Assembly: GCF_004010195.1 (NCBI RefSeq)
Contig: NC_057720.1
Location: 4,832,054-4,878,615 of the forward strand
DNA length: 46,562 bases
Source of the DNA: Chiloscyllium plagiosum
Taxonomy: Eukaryota
Reading direction: 5' to 3'
Shown here: positions 1 to 11,392 of the stretch, in pieces
How the letters are laid out: the number at the start of each line of letters is the position of its first letter
Numbering within the stretch: position 1 is the first letter of the stretch
Made by a program: the position numbers and the translations under genes
The notes under the pieces: generated by a model
Seen by the model: only the letters and a program-made list of their open reading frames with translations
Database searches by the model: none
What the model was told of the DNA's origin: nothing

Positions 1-1650
1 TCATCCCTGACCAGCAATGCAACTCCAACCCCCTTTTTTACTTCCCTCCCTGTCCTGTCTGAAGCGTCTATCTCCTGGAACATTTAGTTGCCAATCATCA
101 TGCCCTTCCTTCAACCAAGTCTCTGTGATTGCAATAACATCATACTCCCAAGCACCAATCCAAGCCCTAAGTTCACCTCCCTTACACACTATACTCCTTC
201 CATTAAAGTGGTGCCCTTCCTTCAACCAAGTCTCTGTGATTGCAATAACATCATACTCCCAAGCACCAATCCAAGCCCTAAGTTCACCTCCCTTACACAC
301 TATACTCCTTCCATTAAAGTGGATGCATTTCAGGCCACCAGTTCTTTTGCACTCATCTGCTCCCTGCCTATTCTTCCCTTTATTAATGCTATCTTCATAA
401 TCCTTACAGTCTCCAGTCTCCACCTCGCTGCCGACTTGTTTTCTCTTCTGGTTCCCAGTCCCCTGCCACATTAGTTTAAAACCTCCCCAACAGCAGAAAC
501 TCCCCCAAGGACATTGGTTCCAGTCTGGTTCAGGTGTAGACCGTCCATTTTGTGATAGTCCCACCTTCCCCAGAACCGGTCCCAATGTCCAACAAATTTG
601 AACCCTTCTCTCCTGCACGTCTCTCAAGCCACGTGTCCATCCTGCCTATACGCTGGCTAGCACATGGCACTGGTAGTAATCACGAGATCACTACCTTTTG
701 AGGTCCTCCCCTTTAACTTCTATCCTAGCTCCCTGAATTCTTCTTTCAGGACCTCATCTCGCTTTCTACTTATATCATTGGTGCCTATATGCACCAAGAC
801 AACTGGCTGTTCACCCTCCCCTTTTAGAATGCTCTGCAGCCATTCGGTGACATCCCTGACCTAAGCGGCAACATACCACCCGGGAGTCCCGTTTTCAGCC
901 CCAGAACTGCCTGTCTACTCCCCTCACAATAAAATCCCCTATGACTAAGGCGCAACGAGTCTTTTTCTCACCCTTCTGAACAGCAATGCCCACCACGGTG
1001 CCATGATTCTGGCAACTGCTGCCCTCCCCTGGTGAGCCATCTCCCCCAACAGTATCCAAAACGGTATACCTGTTTTGGAGGGAGATGACCGCATAGGGCA
1101 CCTGCACTGCCTTCCTATTCTTTTTCTGCCTTTTGGTCACCCATCCACTGTCTCCCTGAGCAACTCTAACCTGCGGTGTGACCAGTTCACTAAACGTGCT
1201 ATCCCCGACCTCCTCAGAATCGCGGATGCTCCACAGTGAGTCCATCCGCAGCTCCAGAGCCGTCATGTGATCAAACAAGAGCTGCAGCTGGACACGCTTT
1301 TTGCAAGTGTAAGAGTCAGGAACGTCAGACACGTTCCTAAGCTCCCACATCAAGCAAGAGGCACATGCCACGGGTCTGAGGTCCACTGTAACCTTAGCTT
1401 TATATGAACTAACTTAAACCAAACAATGCACTGAAATAAATGAAAAAGATAGATAAGAAGGAAATAAAAGCCTTACCTTACAGAGACTCTTTCTGCCGGT
1501 TAGAGGAGGCGGGGGGGAGATCTACATGTGTAGTACCTCGGGTTTAGCCACTGCCCGAATATAAATCAAGCCCTTACCTTCCCAGCTTCACCTCATCTTT
1601 TCTCCTTGCTGTTCTGTCAAAATGGAGGCCCGACTCCCAAGGTAAGTCCT
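1..1650 (-). mobile_element. CR1 LINE 5' region (5'UTR, ORF1 with Cys-rich N-terminus and SGNH esterase, start of ORF2 APE endonuclease), degraded
   Basis: ORF 895-1386 CASCLMWE...YTCKK...VIGDFIVRG. ORF 1-627 contains LKCIHFNGRSI..ELRAWI..YDVIAITETWL (APE domain). Frameshifts and stops present. Confidence 0.88.
101..322. repeat. Perfect 111-bp tandem duplication inside the CR1 endonuclease region
   Basis: 101-211 is identical to 212-322; seen as a 37-aa duplicated peptide in the ORF track. Confidence 0.9.
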
Positions 1651-1654
1651 AGAA

Positions 1655-2040
1655 TGGAATGGATAGGTTGGAAGGACAATGGACAGGTAGGACAGGTCAT
1701 GAGGACGGTGCTGAGCTGGAAGGTTGGAACTGGGCTAAAGTGGGAGGAGGAGAAATGAGGAAACTGGTCAAATCCACATTAATGCCTTGGGGTTGGAGGG
1801 TCCCGAGGCAGAAGATGAGACGGTCTTCCTTCAGGCGTTGGATGGTGAGGGAGTGGCGATGGAGGAGGCCCAGGATCTGCATGTCCTCTGCAGAGCGGTG
1901 GGGGGGGGGATGGTGGAGTTGAAGTGTTCGGCCATGGGGAGTTGGGGTTGGTTGGTGCAGATGTCCCCGAGATATTCTCTGAAGCACTCTGTGAGTAGGC
2001 GTATTCTAATCTCAGTATCTGCAGTCCTCACTTTCACCTC
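1655..2040 (-). mobile_element. Penelope-like element fragment (GIY-YIG C-terminal part) with short inverted terminal piece
   Basis: ECFREYL..ICTNQPQLPMAEHFN and LIFCLGTLQPQGINVD, homologous to the PLE at 42174-43360. 2005-2040 is a terminal fragment in the opposite orientation. Confidence 0.8.
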
Positions 2041-2310
2041 GTTGATTTTGACAACAATTGACCATGTCACTGTTAGCATTGCTTTTTTTGTCTCAATTAT
2101 CGTTGCATTCAAATTTCACCTTTTGCCATGGCAGAATGTATCACTTCCAGCCCAGTGACATTACCACAATTGTGCCAAGACCCCTCACTCCCACACCTAA
2201 TCAACACTGACACCAGCAGACCCAAGGAGTGACTCAGAGCATCAGACTGGAAATCTGATCGAATCCAGAATCTGCTAGGGTCTCGTCTCCTGGCTGATCA
2301 CAGGATCCTA

Positions 2311-2658
2311 CAATCATAGAATTCCTATAGTGTGAAAGCAGGCCATTCGGCCCACTGAGTCCACACCAACCCTTTGAAGAGCATCCCACCCAGACTCTCT
2401 TCCTACCCTATCCTGCATTTCCTATAGCTAACTAACCTCACCTGTACATCCCTGGACACTATGAGCAATTTCCCATGGCCAATCCATCTAAACTGCACAT
2501 CTTTGGACTGTGGAAGGAAAGAGTAGCACCCGGAAGAAACCCACGCAGACACGGGGAGAATGTACAAACTCCACACAGACAGTCACCCGAGGCTGGAATC
2601 GAACCCAGGTCCCTGGCGCTGTGAGGCAGCAGTGCTAACCACTGAGCCACTGTGCTGC
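2311..2658 (-). mobile_element. HE1-type tRNA-derived SINE
   Basis: Reverse complement reads GTGGCTCAGTGGTTAGCACTGCTGCCTCACAGCGCCAGGGACCTGGGTTCGATTCC (A/B boxes), then the conserved central domain and a CR1-like tail. Confidence 0.9.
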
Positions 2659-2814
2659 GTGATGGTCTTTGGAGAATGTACCTGAGCTTAAACTGTGTTG
2701 GACCCATTGGTTTTCTAACCCTTCCAGTCCACATGTCTGCTGCTGTTCACACAAAACCCTGCCTGAGAGCAGGACATGTAAACAGCAGAGTTGTTGGAGC
2801 CACTGCCAGAGAGA

Positions 2815-3000
2815 GATTGAGAACAAGGCTGAGATAAGACCACAAGATATAGGAGTAGAGTAGGCCATTCAACCCATCGAGTCTGCTCCACCATTCAATG
2901 GCTGATCTGATCATCATCACCTCCACTTTCCTGCCTTTTCCCCATATCCCCCAGTTCCCTGCTTGCTTAAAAACGGGTCTGTCTCAGCCTTGAACAGCCT
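2815..3000 (-). mobile_element. CR1 3' tail fragment
   Basis: ataagaccacaagatataggagtagagtaggccattcaaccc; same tail type as 30205-30320 and 35790-36305. Confidence 0.7.
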
Positions 3001-3279
3001 CAGCCTGACAACACAGTATCTTTCTCAAATCCTAATTTCTCAAGTTTTTACAGAACAGTGAACAGTTGAACTCTCCAACTCCCAACGCTTTCTCATTTTA
3101 CACAAGTGGATACAAAATTTGGTTGATTGTTAAGAAACAGACACTGTTGCTCAATATATTTTTTCAGGCTGCAGGAAGCATTGTGGTAGTGATCCCCTGG
3201 GAGGGGAGGGGGGGGTGGACCTTGTGTTTTCTGATATACTTTAATGATCTGGATCTTGGAGTTGGGGGGGAGGGGGGAA

Positions 3280-4580
3280 GCTGAAAATGTGTTGCTGGAA
3301 AAGCGCAGCAGGTCACGCAGCATCCAGGGAACAGGAGAATCGACGTTTCGGGCATAAGCCCTTCTTCAGGAATGAGGNNNNNNNNNNNNNNNNNNNNNNN
3401 NNNNNNNNNNNNNNNNNNNNNNNNNNNNNNNNNNNNNNNNNNNNNNNNNNNNNNNNNNNNNNNNNNNNNNNNNNNNNNNNNNNNNNNNNNNNNNNNNNNN
3501 NNNNNNNNNNNNNNNNNNNNNNNNNNNNNNNNNNNNNNNNNNNNNNNNNNNNNNNNNNNNNNNNNNNNNNNNNNNNNNNNNNNNNNNNNNNNNNNNNNNN
3601 NNNNNNNNNNNNNNNNNNNNNNNNNNNNNNNNNNNNNNNNNNNNNNNNNNNNNNNNNNNNNNNNNNNNNNNNNNNNNNNNNNNNNNNNNNNNNNNNNNNN
3701 NNNNNNNNNNNNNNNNNNNNNNNNNNNNNNNNNNNNNNNNNNNNNNNNNNNNNNNNNNNNNNNNNNNNNNNNNNNNNNNNNNNNNNNNNNNNNNNNNNNN
3801 NNNNNNNNNNNNNNNNNNNNNNNNNNNNNNNNNNNNNNNNNNNNNNNNNNNNNNNNNNNNNNNNNNNNNNNNNNNNNNNNNNNNNNNNNNNNNNNNNNNN
3901 NNNNNNNNNNNNNNNNNNNNNNNNNNNNNNNNNNNNNNNNNNNNNNNNNNNNNNNNNNNNNNNNNNNNNNNNNNNNNNNNNNNNNNNNNNNNNNNNNNNN
4001 NNNNNNNNNNNNNNNNNNNNNNNNNNNNNNNNNNNNNNNNNNNNNNNNNNNNNNNNNNNNNNNNNNNNNNNNNNNNNNNNNNNNNNNNNNNNNNNNNNNN
4101 NNNNNNNNNNNNNNNNNNNNNNNNNNNNNNNNNNNNNNNNNNNNNNNNNNNNNNNNNNNNNNNNNNNNNNNNNNNNNNNNNNNNNNNNNNNNNNNNNNNN
4201 NNNNNNNNNNNNNNNNNNNNNNNNNNNNNNNNNNNNNNNNNNNNNNNNNNNNNNNNNNNNNNNNNNNNNNNNNNNNNNNNNNNNNNNNNNNNNNNNNNNN
4301 NNNNNNNNNNNAATAGAAAGGTCGAGGGAGGGGAGGGAGGAATCTGAGACTGTCCAGGTGAATTTGAGGTCGGGTTGGAAGGTGTTGGTGAAGTGGATGA
4401 ACTGTTCAACCTCCTCGTGGGAGCACAAGGCGGCGCCGATACAGTCATCGATGTAGCGGAGGAAAAGGTGGGGGGTGGGGCCAGTATAGTTGCGGAAGAT
4501 GGACTGTTCCACATATCCTACGAAGAGGCAGGCATAGCTGGGGCCCATGCGGGTGCCCATGGCTACTCCTTTGGTTTGGA
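3280..4580 (-). mobile_element. Young 5'-truncated Penelope-like retroelement spanning assembly gap 3378-4311
   Basis: Right of the gap: RT motifs QTKGVAMGTRMGPSYACLF and FLRYIDD. Left of the gap: 3' terminus nearly identical to 42174-42264. Approximate TSD GGAG6-7AA at 3269-3279 and 4578-4589. Confidence 0.85.
3338..3373 (-). ncRNA. Minimal type I hammerhead ribozyme motif (PLE family A), core intact
   Basis: AUUC-CUGAAGA-A-GGGC-UUAU-GCCC-GAAA-CG-UC-GAUU: conserved core, 4-bp stem II, palindromic ACGU stem III, GUC cleavage triplet, stem I 3 of 4 paired. Confidence 0.75.
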
Positions 4581-4624
4581 GGGGGGGAATCCATTTCAAA
4601 GTTTACTGATGACACAAAACTTAG

Positions 4625-5430
4625 GAGCATTGTAAACTGAGTGGGACAGTGTGGAACTCCAAAAGGCCATTAACAAGTCAGTGGAGTGGGTGGATAGGTG
4701 ACAGAGGAGGTTCAACGCAGAGAGTGTCCGGTGATGCAATTGGTTGCAAGAATGTTGAAAGACAATATAAAGTAGGAGTGCAATTCTTAAGGGAGTGCAG
4801 GAACAGAAGGGCCTGGGGAATATGTGGACAGGGGGTGAGATCAGTTAAAAAAGCACACTCGGCTTTATTAACGTGGACATAGAGTACAAGGAGATGATGT
4901 TGAACTCGTACCAGATATATCTTGGAGTATTGCATACAGTTTTGGGTGCTACATTATCGGAAAGATGTGAATCTGTTGAAGAGAGGGCAGAAGTGATTTG
5001 CAAGAGTGGTTCCAGGGAGGAGAAACTTCGGTGATGAGGACAGATTGAAGAAATTGGGACAGTTCTCTTTGGAGAGAAGGAGATTGAGAAGACATTTGAG
5101 AGATGTTTCCAAAATCATGAGCAGGGCTGCACAGATGGGGAGAAGCTGTTCCGACTCCTAACAGGAACAAGAACAAAAAAACATCAAATTAAAGTGATGT
5201 GCAAATGAAGCAAGGATGATGTTCACTCAGAGAGTAGTTTGGGGATGTAGAAATGTACTGCCTAGAAATGTCATGGAGGCAGGTTCAACTGAGGCATTCA
5301 AGAGGGGATTGGATGGTTATTTGGATAGAAATGGAATGCAGGGATATGGGGAAAAAGACTGGAGATTAACACTGGGTAATAGAACCGATTCAGGTTTCCT
5401 CTGTGCTGTAACAGTTCTGTGACTCTGTAA
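4625..5430 (+). mobile_element. Old CR1 ORF2 3' region
   Basis: Degenerate LEYCIQFW, FTQRVV and AFKRGLD motifs plus tail. Confidence 0.8.
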
Positions 5431-5553
5431 CTAATTGAAGGTATTAATTGAAGGTTAGAAATGGGTTTGTTTGCCAATTGTTGTACAATGTTCAGCACCG
5501 TTCACACCACCTCAGATACCGAAGCAGTCTGTCACCAAATGCAGCAAGATCCA

Positions 5554-5888
5554 AATCATAGAATCCCGACAGGCCATTCAGCCCATCGAATCCACACCAA
5601 GCCTCCAAAGAGCATGACCCACCCACCCTATAACTGTAACCTTGCATTTCCATGGCTAATGCACCTAATCTACATATCCCTGAACACTACGGGCAATTTA
5701 GCATGGCCAATTCATCTAACCTGCACATCTCTGGAGTGTGGGAGGAAACCGGAGCACCCGGAGGAAACCCACGCAGACACGGGGAGAATATGCAAACTCC
5801 ACACAGACAGTCACCCGAGGGTTGAATCGAACCCAGGTCCATGGCACTGTGAAGCAGCAATGCTAACCACTGAGTGACCGTGCTGCCC
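5554..5888 (-). mobile_element. HE1-type SINE
   Basis: Homologous to 2311-2658. Confidence 0.88.
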
Positions 5889-6485
5889 CTACATCTGGAC
5901 AATGTCCAGGCTTGGGCTGACAAGTGGCAAGTAACATTCATGTCACATAAATGCCATGCAATGGCCACCTCCAATAAGGAAAAGTGAGGACTGCAGATGC
6001 CTCTGCCATATCTGCTCCCAGGAGGAGTAATTCTACTCCAGGACATCCCAGATGGCCTCCTACTTCAAAGGCCACAATATCCTCCCTACGAGGTCAACAA
6101 TGCGATTCAGCACATCTCCTCCACTTCCTGCACTTTCAACCCTACCTCTTCAACCGCAACAAGGATAGAAATCCCCTGGTCCTCACCTTCTACCCCACTA
6201 ATCTCTGGATACAGCCACTATTTCTGCCACCTACAATCAGACCCAACCACCAGAGATATATTTCCCTCCCCACCCCTGTCAGCATTCCACAGAAACCATT
6301 CCCTCCCTGACTCCCTCGTTAGGTCCACAGTGCCCACCCTCCACTCCCTGTACCTTCCCTTGCTGTGGCAAGAACTGTAAAACCTGCACCCACACCTCCC
6401 CTCCTCACCTCAGTCCAAGGCCCCAAAGGTTCCTTTCACACCTGGCAAAGACATTCCTGCACCTCCACACAACTCATCTACTGTG

Positions 6486-6690
6486 AAGATTAGTGTTGTG
6501 CTGAAAAAGCACAGCAGGTCAGGCAATATCCGAGGAGCAGGAAAGTCAACATTTTGGGCAAAAGCCCTTCATCAGGAATGAGGCCATTCCTCAGATGCTG
6601 CCTGACCTGCTGTGCTTTTCCAGCACCACTCTAACCTTGACTCTAATCTCCAGCATCTGCAGTACCCACTTCTGCCGAGTTGATTTTAAC
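6486..6690. mobile_element. Fold-back PLE terminal mini-insertion nested in a PLE
   Basis: PLE 3' terminus in minus then plus orientation; imperfect TSD TCATCTACTGTG / TTATCAACTGTG. Confidence 0.7.
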
Positions 6691-7200
6691 CTTATCAACT
6701 GTGTCCTATGTTCTCGATGTGGTCTCCTCTACATTGAGGAGACAGGACGCCAATTAATGGAATGTTTCAGGGAACATCACCAGGACACATGCACCAAACA
6801 ACTTCACCATCCTGTGACTGGTCACTTCAAGTCCCCTGCCCACTCCACCAAGGACATGGAGGTCCTAGCCTCCTCCACCGCCAAATCTAAGCCTCACAGT
6901 GACTGGAGGAAGAACGCCTCATCTTCCACTGGTGGGACCCTCTCCAACTTCATCAACTTCATCAGTTTCCTCATTTCCCCTCCCCCAACCTCATCCCAGA
7001 TCCAACCCTCCAACTCAACAACGCCCTCTTGAACTGTCCTACATGTCCATCTTCCTTTTTGTCTATCCACTTCACCATCCCTGCAGACCTATCACAATCA
7101 TCCCCCAACTGTATCTACCTATCGCCTTCCCAGCTACCGTCCACCCATCCCCGTCCCCACCCTCCTATTTATCTCCCAGCCCCCTTCGCTCCCACCTCAC

Positions 7201-7236
7201 ATTCCTGATGAAGGGCTTATGCCCGAAATGTCAATT
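7201..7236 (+). ncRNA. Hammerhead ribozyme motif (PLE family A), CpG-decayed
   Basis: AUUC-CUGAUGA-A-GGGC-UUAU-GCCC-GAAA-UG-UC-AAUU. Confidence 0.6.
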
Positions 7237-7497
7237 TTCCTCCTCCTTGGATGCTGCCTGACCGGCTGTGCTTTTCCCATGCCATACATTTTGACTCTCA
7301 TCTCCAATAAGAGGCCATCCATTCACCATCCCTTGGCATTCAATGATGTTACCATCAGTGAATCCCCCACTATCAACATCCCAGGCATTATCATTGACTA
7401 GAAACTCAACTGGACTCACCACATAAACACAGCGGCTACAAAAGCAGGTCAGAGGATGGGAATACTATGGCGAGTAACTCTCCTCCTGACTCCCCAA

Positions 7498-7902
7498 AGC
7501 CTGTCCACCATCTACAAAGCACAAGTCAGGAATGTGATAGAATATTCCCCACTTGCCTAGATGGAGGCAGCTCCAGCAACACGCAAGAAGCTTGACACCA
7601 TCCAGGACAATGCAGCCTGCTTGATTGGCACCACATCCATAAACATCCCCTCCTTGCACCACCAAGGCTCAGTAGCAGCAGTGTGTACTATCTACAAGAT
7701 AGCCTGTCCACCATCTACAAAGCACAAGTCAGGAATGTGATAGAATATTCCCCACTTGCCTAGATGGAGGCAGCTCCAGCAACACGCAAGAAGCTTGACA
7801 CCATCTAGGACAATGCAGCCCGCTTGATTGGCACCACATCCATAAACATCCCCTCCTTGCACCACAAGGCTCAGTAGCAGCAGTGTGTACTATCTACAAG
7901 AT
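7498..7902. repeat. Near-perfect ~203-bp tandem duplication
   Basis: 7498-7700 versus 7701-7902: two substitutions and a 1-bp indel seen. Confidence 0.88.
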
Positions 7903-8339
7903 ACACTGCAGAAAATCACCAAAGATCCTCAGGCAGCACCTTCCAAACCCACAACCACTTCCATCTAGAAGGACAAGGGCAGCAGATACATAGGAACACC
8001 ACCCCCTGCAAATTCACCTCCAAATCACTCACCATCCTGACTTGGAAATATATCGCTGTTCCTTTAGTGTTTCTGGGTCAAAATCCTGGAATTCCCTCAG
8101 TAATGGCATTGTGACTCTATCTGCAGCACATGCAGCAGGTCAAGATGGCAACCCAGCCCCACCTTCTCAAAAGGCAACTTGGGACGGGCAATAAATGCAG
8201 GCTGCAGTCACTGATGCCCAAGTCCCATAAGTGAATAAAAAAAGGATGTGAATATTAGTGGCAGTGCCAGTAATTAACAACCACCCTAACAGGGGTATAA
8301 CTGCCCTCCATACTGCAGCAGCATTTTAGATCACTACTT

Positions 8340-8622
8340 TCTTTTTCCCAGGGTGAAGGATTCAATAGCGAGAGGTTATGCTCTCAAAGTGAGAGGTGGA
8401 AAGTTTAAGGGGGATACGCGTGGCAAGTACTTCACACAGAGGGTGGTGGGTGGTTGGAACGCATTGCCAGCAGAGGTGGTAGAGGCCAGATGGATGAGAA
8501 GTGGGGAGCAGAGGGATACAAATGCTTAGGAATTGACCGACAGGTTTCGACAGTAGATTTGGATCAGCTCAGGCTTGAAGGGCCTGTTCCTGGGCTGTAT
8601 ATTTTCTTTGTTCTTTGTTCTT
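8340..8622 (+). mobile_element. CR1 3' end fragment
   Basis: FTQRVV..WNALP region and (TTCTTTG)n tail. Confidence 0.75.
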
Positions 8623-9890
8623 GGGGTAATTAGGGAAGAGTAATAAATGCTGACCTAGACAGTGTTGATCACATTAAAGAAAAAAACCACTGACTTTTCC
8701 CAAATTCCTTCAGTTTTATGCCAAATAATGCTCTGAGTGGAGAAGAGTGGAACTGGAATGGAGTGTTGCAGACACTTGACAAGTCTGTTAACTCTGGACA
8801 ACACTGGGAAAGGATCTTCCAGCTGACTGAAATTTTCAAATCAGAGGTAGGGGGGTCCCAGGCTGGGGAGAGGGTGTCTAACAGCAACTTGGGGACTGAG
8901 CTAAGTGAATCACTTTGGTCGTACTGTTTATGAGATTGTTAGCATGCAACTGGCTGCCCCAAACTAAAGTAGAAGAAGTCACAGTGGATCTGGAAGTCAC
9001 TTGACTATGGCAAGTCAACTAGTACACTGTTAAAAATGCATTTCTCCAAGTTTTCCCCTTTACAAAAACCCCGTATGCACTATAGTTTAGAGCTACAGGC
9101 AACACAACATACACGGTTGGCAAAGAGAAATGATCATTTGTGAACTGAGCTATGATCATTCTCATCTGTCCCACTTTCATCAGTCTCTGCACATGCATTT
9201 GATCCAGTATTTCTGAAGTGATCTGGCATTTTAAGGAAATGTCAGTTTGTCCGATATTTACTCGTTCCTGGGTGACGTTCTTTTCTCTGGAATGTCATTC
9301 CTGTGGTGAGTGTTTGTTCAAAATGAGGAGCTTCTCTTTCAGATTCAATCCCTTTCAACACATGCTGAGTGTTTTTGCTGGTTTTCATTTAGAGTAATAG
9401 AGTCATATAGATGTACAGCACAGAAACAGACACTTTGGTCCAACTTGTCCATGCCGACCATATATCATAATCCAATCTAGTCCCACCTGCTAACACTTGG
9501 CCCATATCCTTCTAAACTCTTCCTATTCATATACCCATCCTTTTAAATGTTGCAATTATACCAGCCTCCACCACTTCCTCTGGCAGCTCATTCCCCACAC
9601 ATACCACCAGCGGCATGAAAAGGTTGCCCCTTAGGTCTCTTTTATATCTTTCCCCTCTCACCCTAAACCTATGTCCTCTGGTTCTGGTCTCTCCGACCCC
9701 AGGGAAAAGAATTTGTCTATTTATCCTATCCATGCCCCTCATGATTTTATAAACCTCTATAAGGTCACCCCTCAGCCTCCGACGCTCCAGGGAAAACAGC
9801 CCCAGTCTTTTCAACCTCTCCCTATAGCTCAAGCCCTCCAACCCTGGTAGCATCCTTGTAAATCTTTTCTGAACCCTTTCTAGTTTCACA

Positions 9891-10855
9891 GTTAAAAATC
9901 ACACAACACCAGGTTATAGTCCAACAGGTTTATTTGGAAGCACTAGCTTTCGGAGCGCCGCTCCTTCATCGGGTGGTTGTGGAGAATAAGATTGTAAGAC
10001 ACAGAATTTATAGCAAAAGTTTACAGTGTGATGTAACTGAAATTATACATTGAAAAAGACCTGGATTGTTTATTAAGTCTCTCATCTTTTAGGATGACCA
10101 TGTTGGTTTCAGTTCTTTCATATGTAAATCGCAAAACTTCTTTTAAAAGCTATATTCTCAAGTGAACTTTAACAATTGGTGTCATATCAGCCCAGATGAT
10201 GCATTGAAGGTGTTAGTTTCCCTGTGTGAGGTTGTCTGTGCCACAATGGTCAGACTGATTCTAATCTAAAAAACAGATTTACAGAATCTTACATTGATTT
10301 TTGCAGTTTTTGAGCAAAATAAAATGTAATTCTGCCAGTACAAATTCACCCCACAAACTTATATGTGTATGTGTGCGTGTGTATGTGTATGGGGGGTGGG
10401 GGGGAGTGCATTATGAGTGTCTATGAGAGAGTGTGTGTATGTGTGTGACAGTGTGTGTATGTGTTTGAGTGTGTGTATGTGTATGAGTGTGAGTGTAAGT
10501 GTAAAGGGGTATAAGCCTGTGAGAGGGTGTGTGTGGCCGTGTATGTGTGAGCGTATGAAAGAGAGTCGGCGTGAGTGTGTGTGTGTGTGTGGTGCAATGG
10601 GGTCAACTGTAGTTTACATGGACCCAAAGTCCCGGTTGAGGCCATCCCCATGGGGATTGAACTTGGCTATCAGCCTCTGCTCGGCCACTCTTCGCTGCTG
10701 CCTGTCCTGAAGTCCGCCTCAGAGGTGGTCACCCGAAGGTCCGAGGTCGAATGTCCCAGAATGCTGAAGTGTTCTCTGACTGGGAGGGAACACTCCTGTC
10801 TGTTGATTGTTGTCCAGTGTCAATTCATCTGTTGCTGTAGCCTCAAGTTTCAAGA
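9891..10855 (-). mobile_element. Penelope-like element, family B (GIY-YIG C-terminus, 3'UTR with (TG)n tract, terminus)
   Basis: Reverse strand gives INRQECSLPV.EHFS...RVAEQRLIAKF remnants. TSD TTC(T/A)AGTTTCACA at 9878-9890 and 10856-10868. Microsatellite at ~10362-10592. Confidence 0.8.
9941..9975 (-). ncRNA. Hammerhead ribozyme motif (PLE family B), U4-to-C core substitution
   Basis: CAC-CCGAUGA-A-GGAGC-GGC-GCUCC-GAAA-GC-UA-GUG. Confidence 0.6.
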
Positions 10856-11189
10856 TTCAAGTTTCACAACATCTTTCCGATAGGAAGGAGACCAGAATTG
10901 CATGCAATATTCCAACATTGGCCTAACCAATGTCCTAGCATAAGGTACTGTAATTGTCTAGACAAATTAGAAGTTATTTGGGATGCTCAATTCTAAGGGA
11001 TCTCAACAAAGTAGGTAGGTGAAATTAGTCATTTATATAAGAGCTGAAACAAGAGGACACTGATTGCAGGTGATTAAGAGTCACAAGTAACATGAGGAAA
11101 CCTTTGGTGCACCTGGAATATTCGTCTGAGGGTATAGTGAAGGTGGAGAGAATGGAGGTATTTCAAGGGGAATTGGTTAAGCATTTAAA

Positions 11190-11392
11190 GTGTGCAAGTT
11201 AGGTGAATTGGCCATGCTAAATTGGCCATAGTGTTCAGACATGTGTAGGTTGGTGCATTAGTCATGGGCAATGTAGTGTAATAAGGTAGGGGAATGGGTC
11301 TGAGTGGGATACTCTTTAGAGGGTCTGTGTGGACTTTTGGGGCCAAATGGCCTGTTTCCACACTGAAGGGATTCTATGATTCTGTTCTATGA
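11190..11392 (+). mobile_element. HE1-type SINE, 5'-truncated
   Basis: gtgcaagttaggtgaattggccatgctaaattg...ggcctgtttccacactg...ttctatgattc. Confidence 0.8.

Larger units (their letters stand above)
5979..7301 (+). mobile_element. Penelope-like element (degraded GIY-YIG region and 3' terminus) with 10-bp TSD
   Basis: TSD CTCCAATAAG at 5969-5978 and 7302-7311. CSRCGLLYIEETGR motif. Inverted terminal fragment at 5979-6000. Confidence 0.85.
5890..8245 (+). mobile_element. Non-LTR retrotransposon 3' region of a second LINE lineage (GGGCAATAAATGC...GAATAAAAAA tail), interrupted by a PLE
   Basis: 5890-5978 (LDNVQAWADKWQVTF) continues at 7312 with RT C-terminal remnants and a poly(A) tail. The same tail occurs at 16255-16300, 18160-18410, 19975-20025, 24975-25285 and 41890-42160. 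Confidence 0.75.
9391..10938 (-). mobile_element. CR1 (HER1-like) 3' region interrupted by a PLE
   Basis: KLERVQKRFTRMLPGLEGLSYRERL...LRGDLIEVYK (9527-9889); continues at 10856-10938. Confidence 0.88.

Noticed and set aside
2570..2658. tRNA-like sequences with A/B boxes (also at 5800, 14851, 20357, 37225, 22569)
   Set aside because: SINE heads continuing into SINE bodies; no complete cloverleaf or acceptor stem.
2728..2782. CATG-centred p53-like half sites
   Set aside because: Imperfect and too widely spaced to form a response element.
3287..4599. Long ORFs of 314-428 aa
   Set aside because: Run through the N gap; only the PLE RT fragment right of the gap is real.
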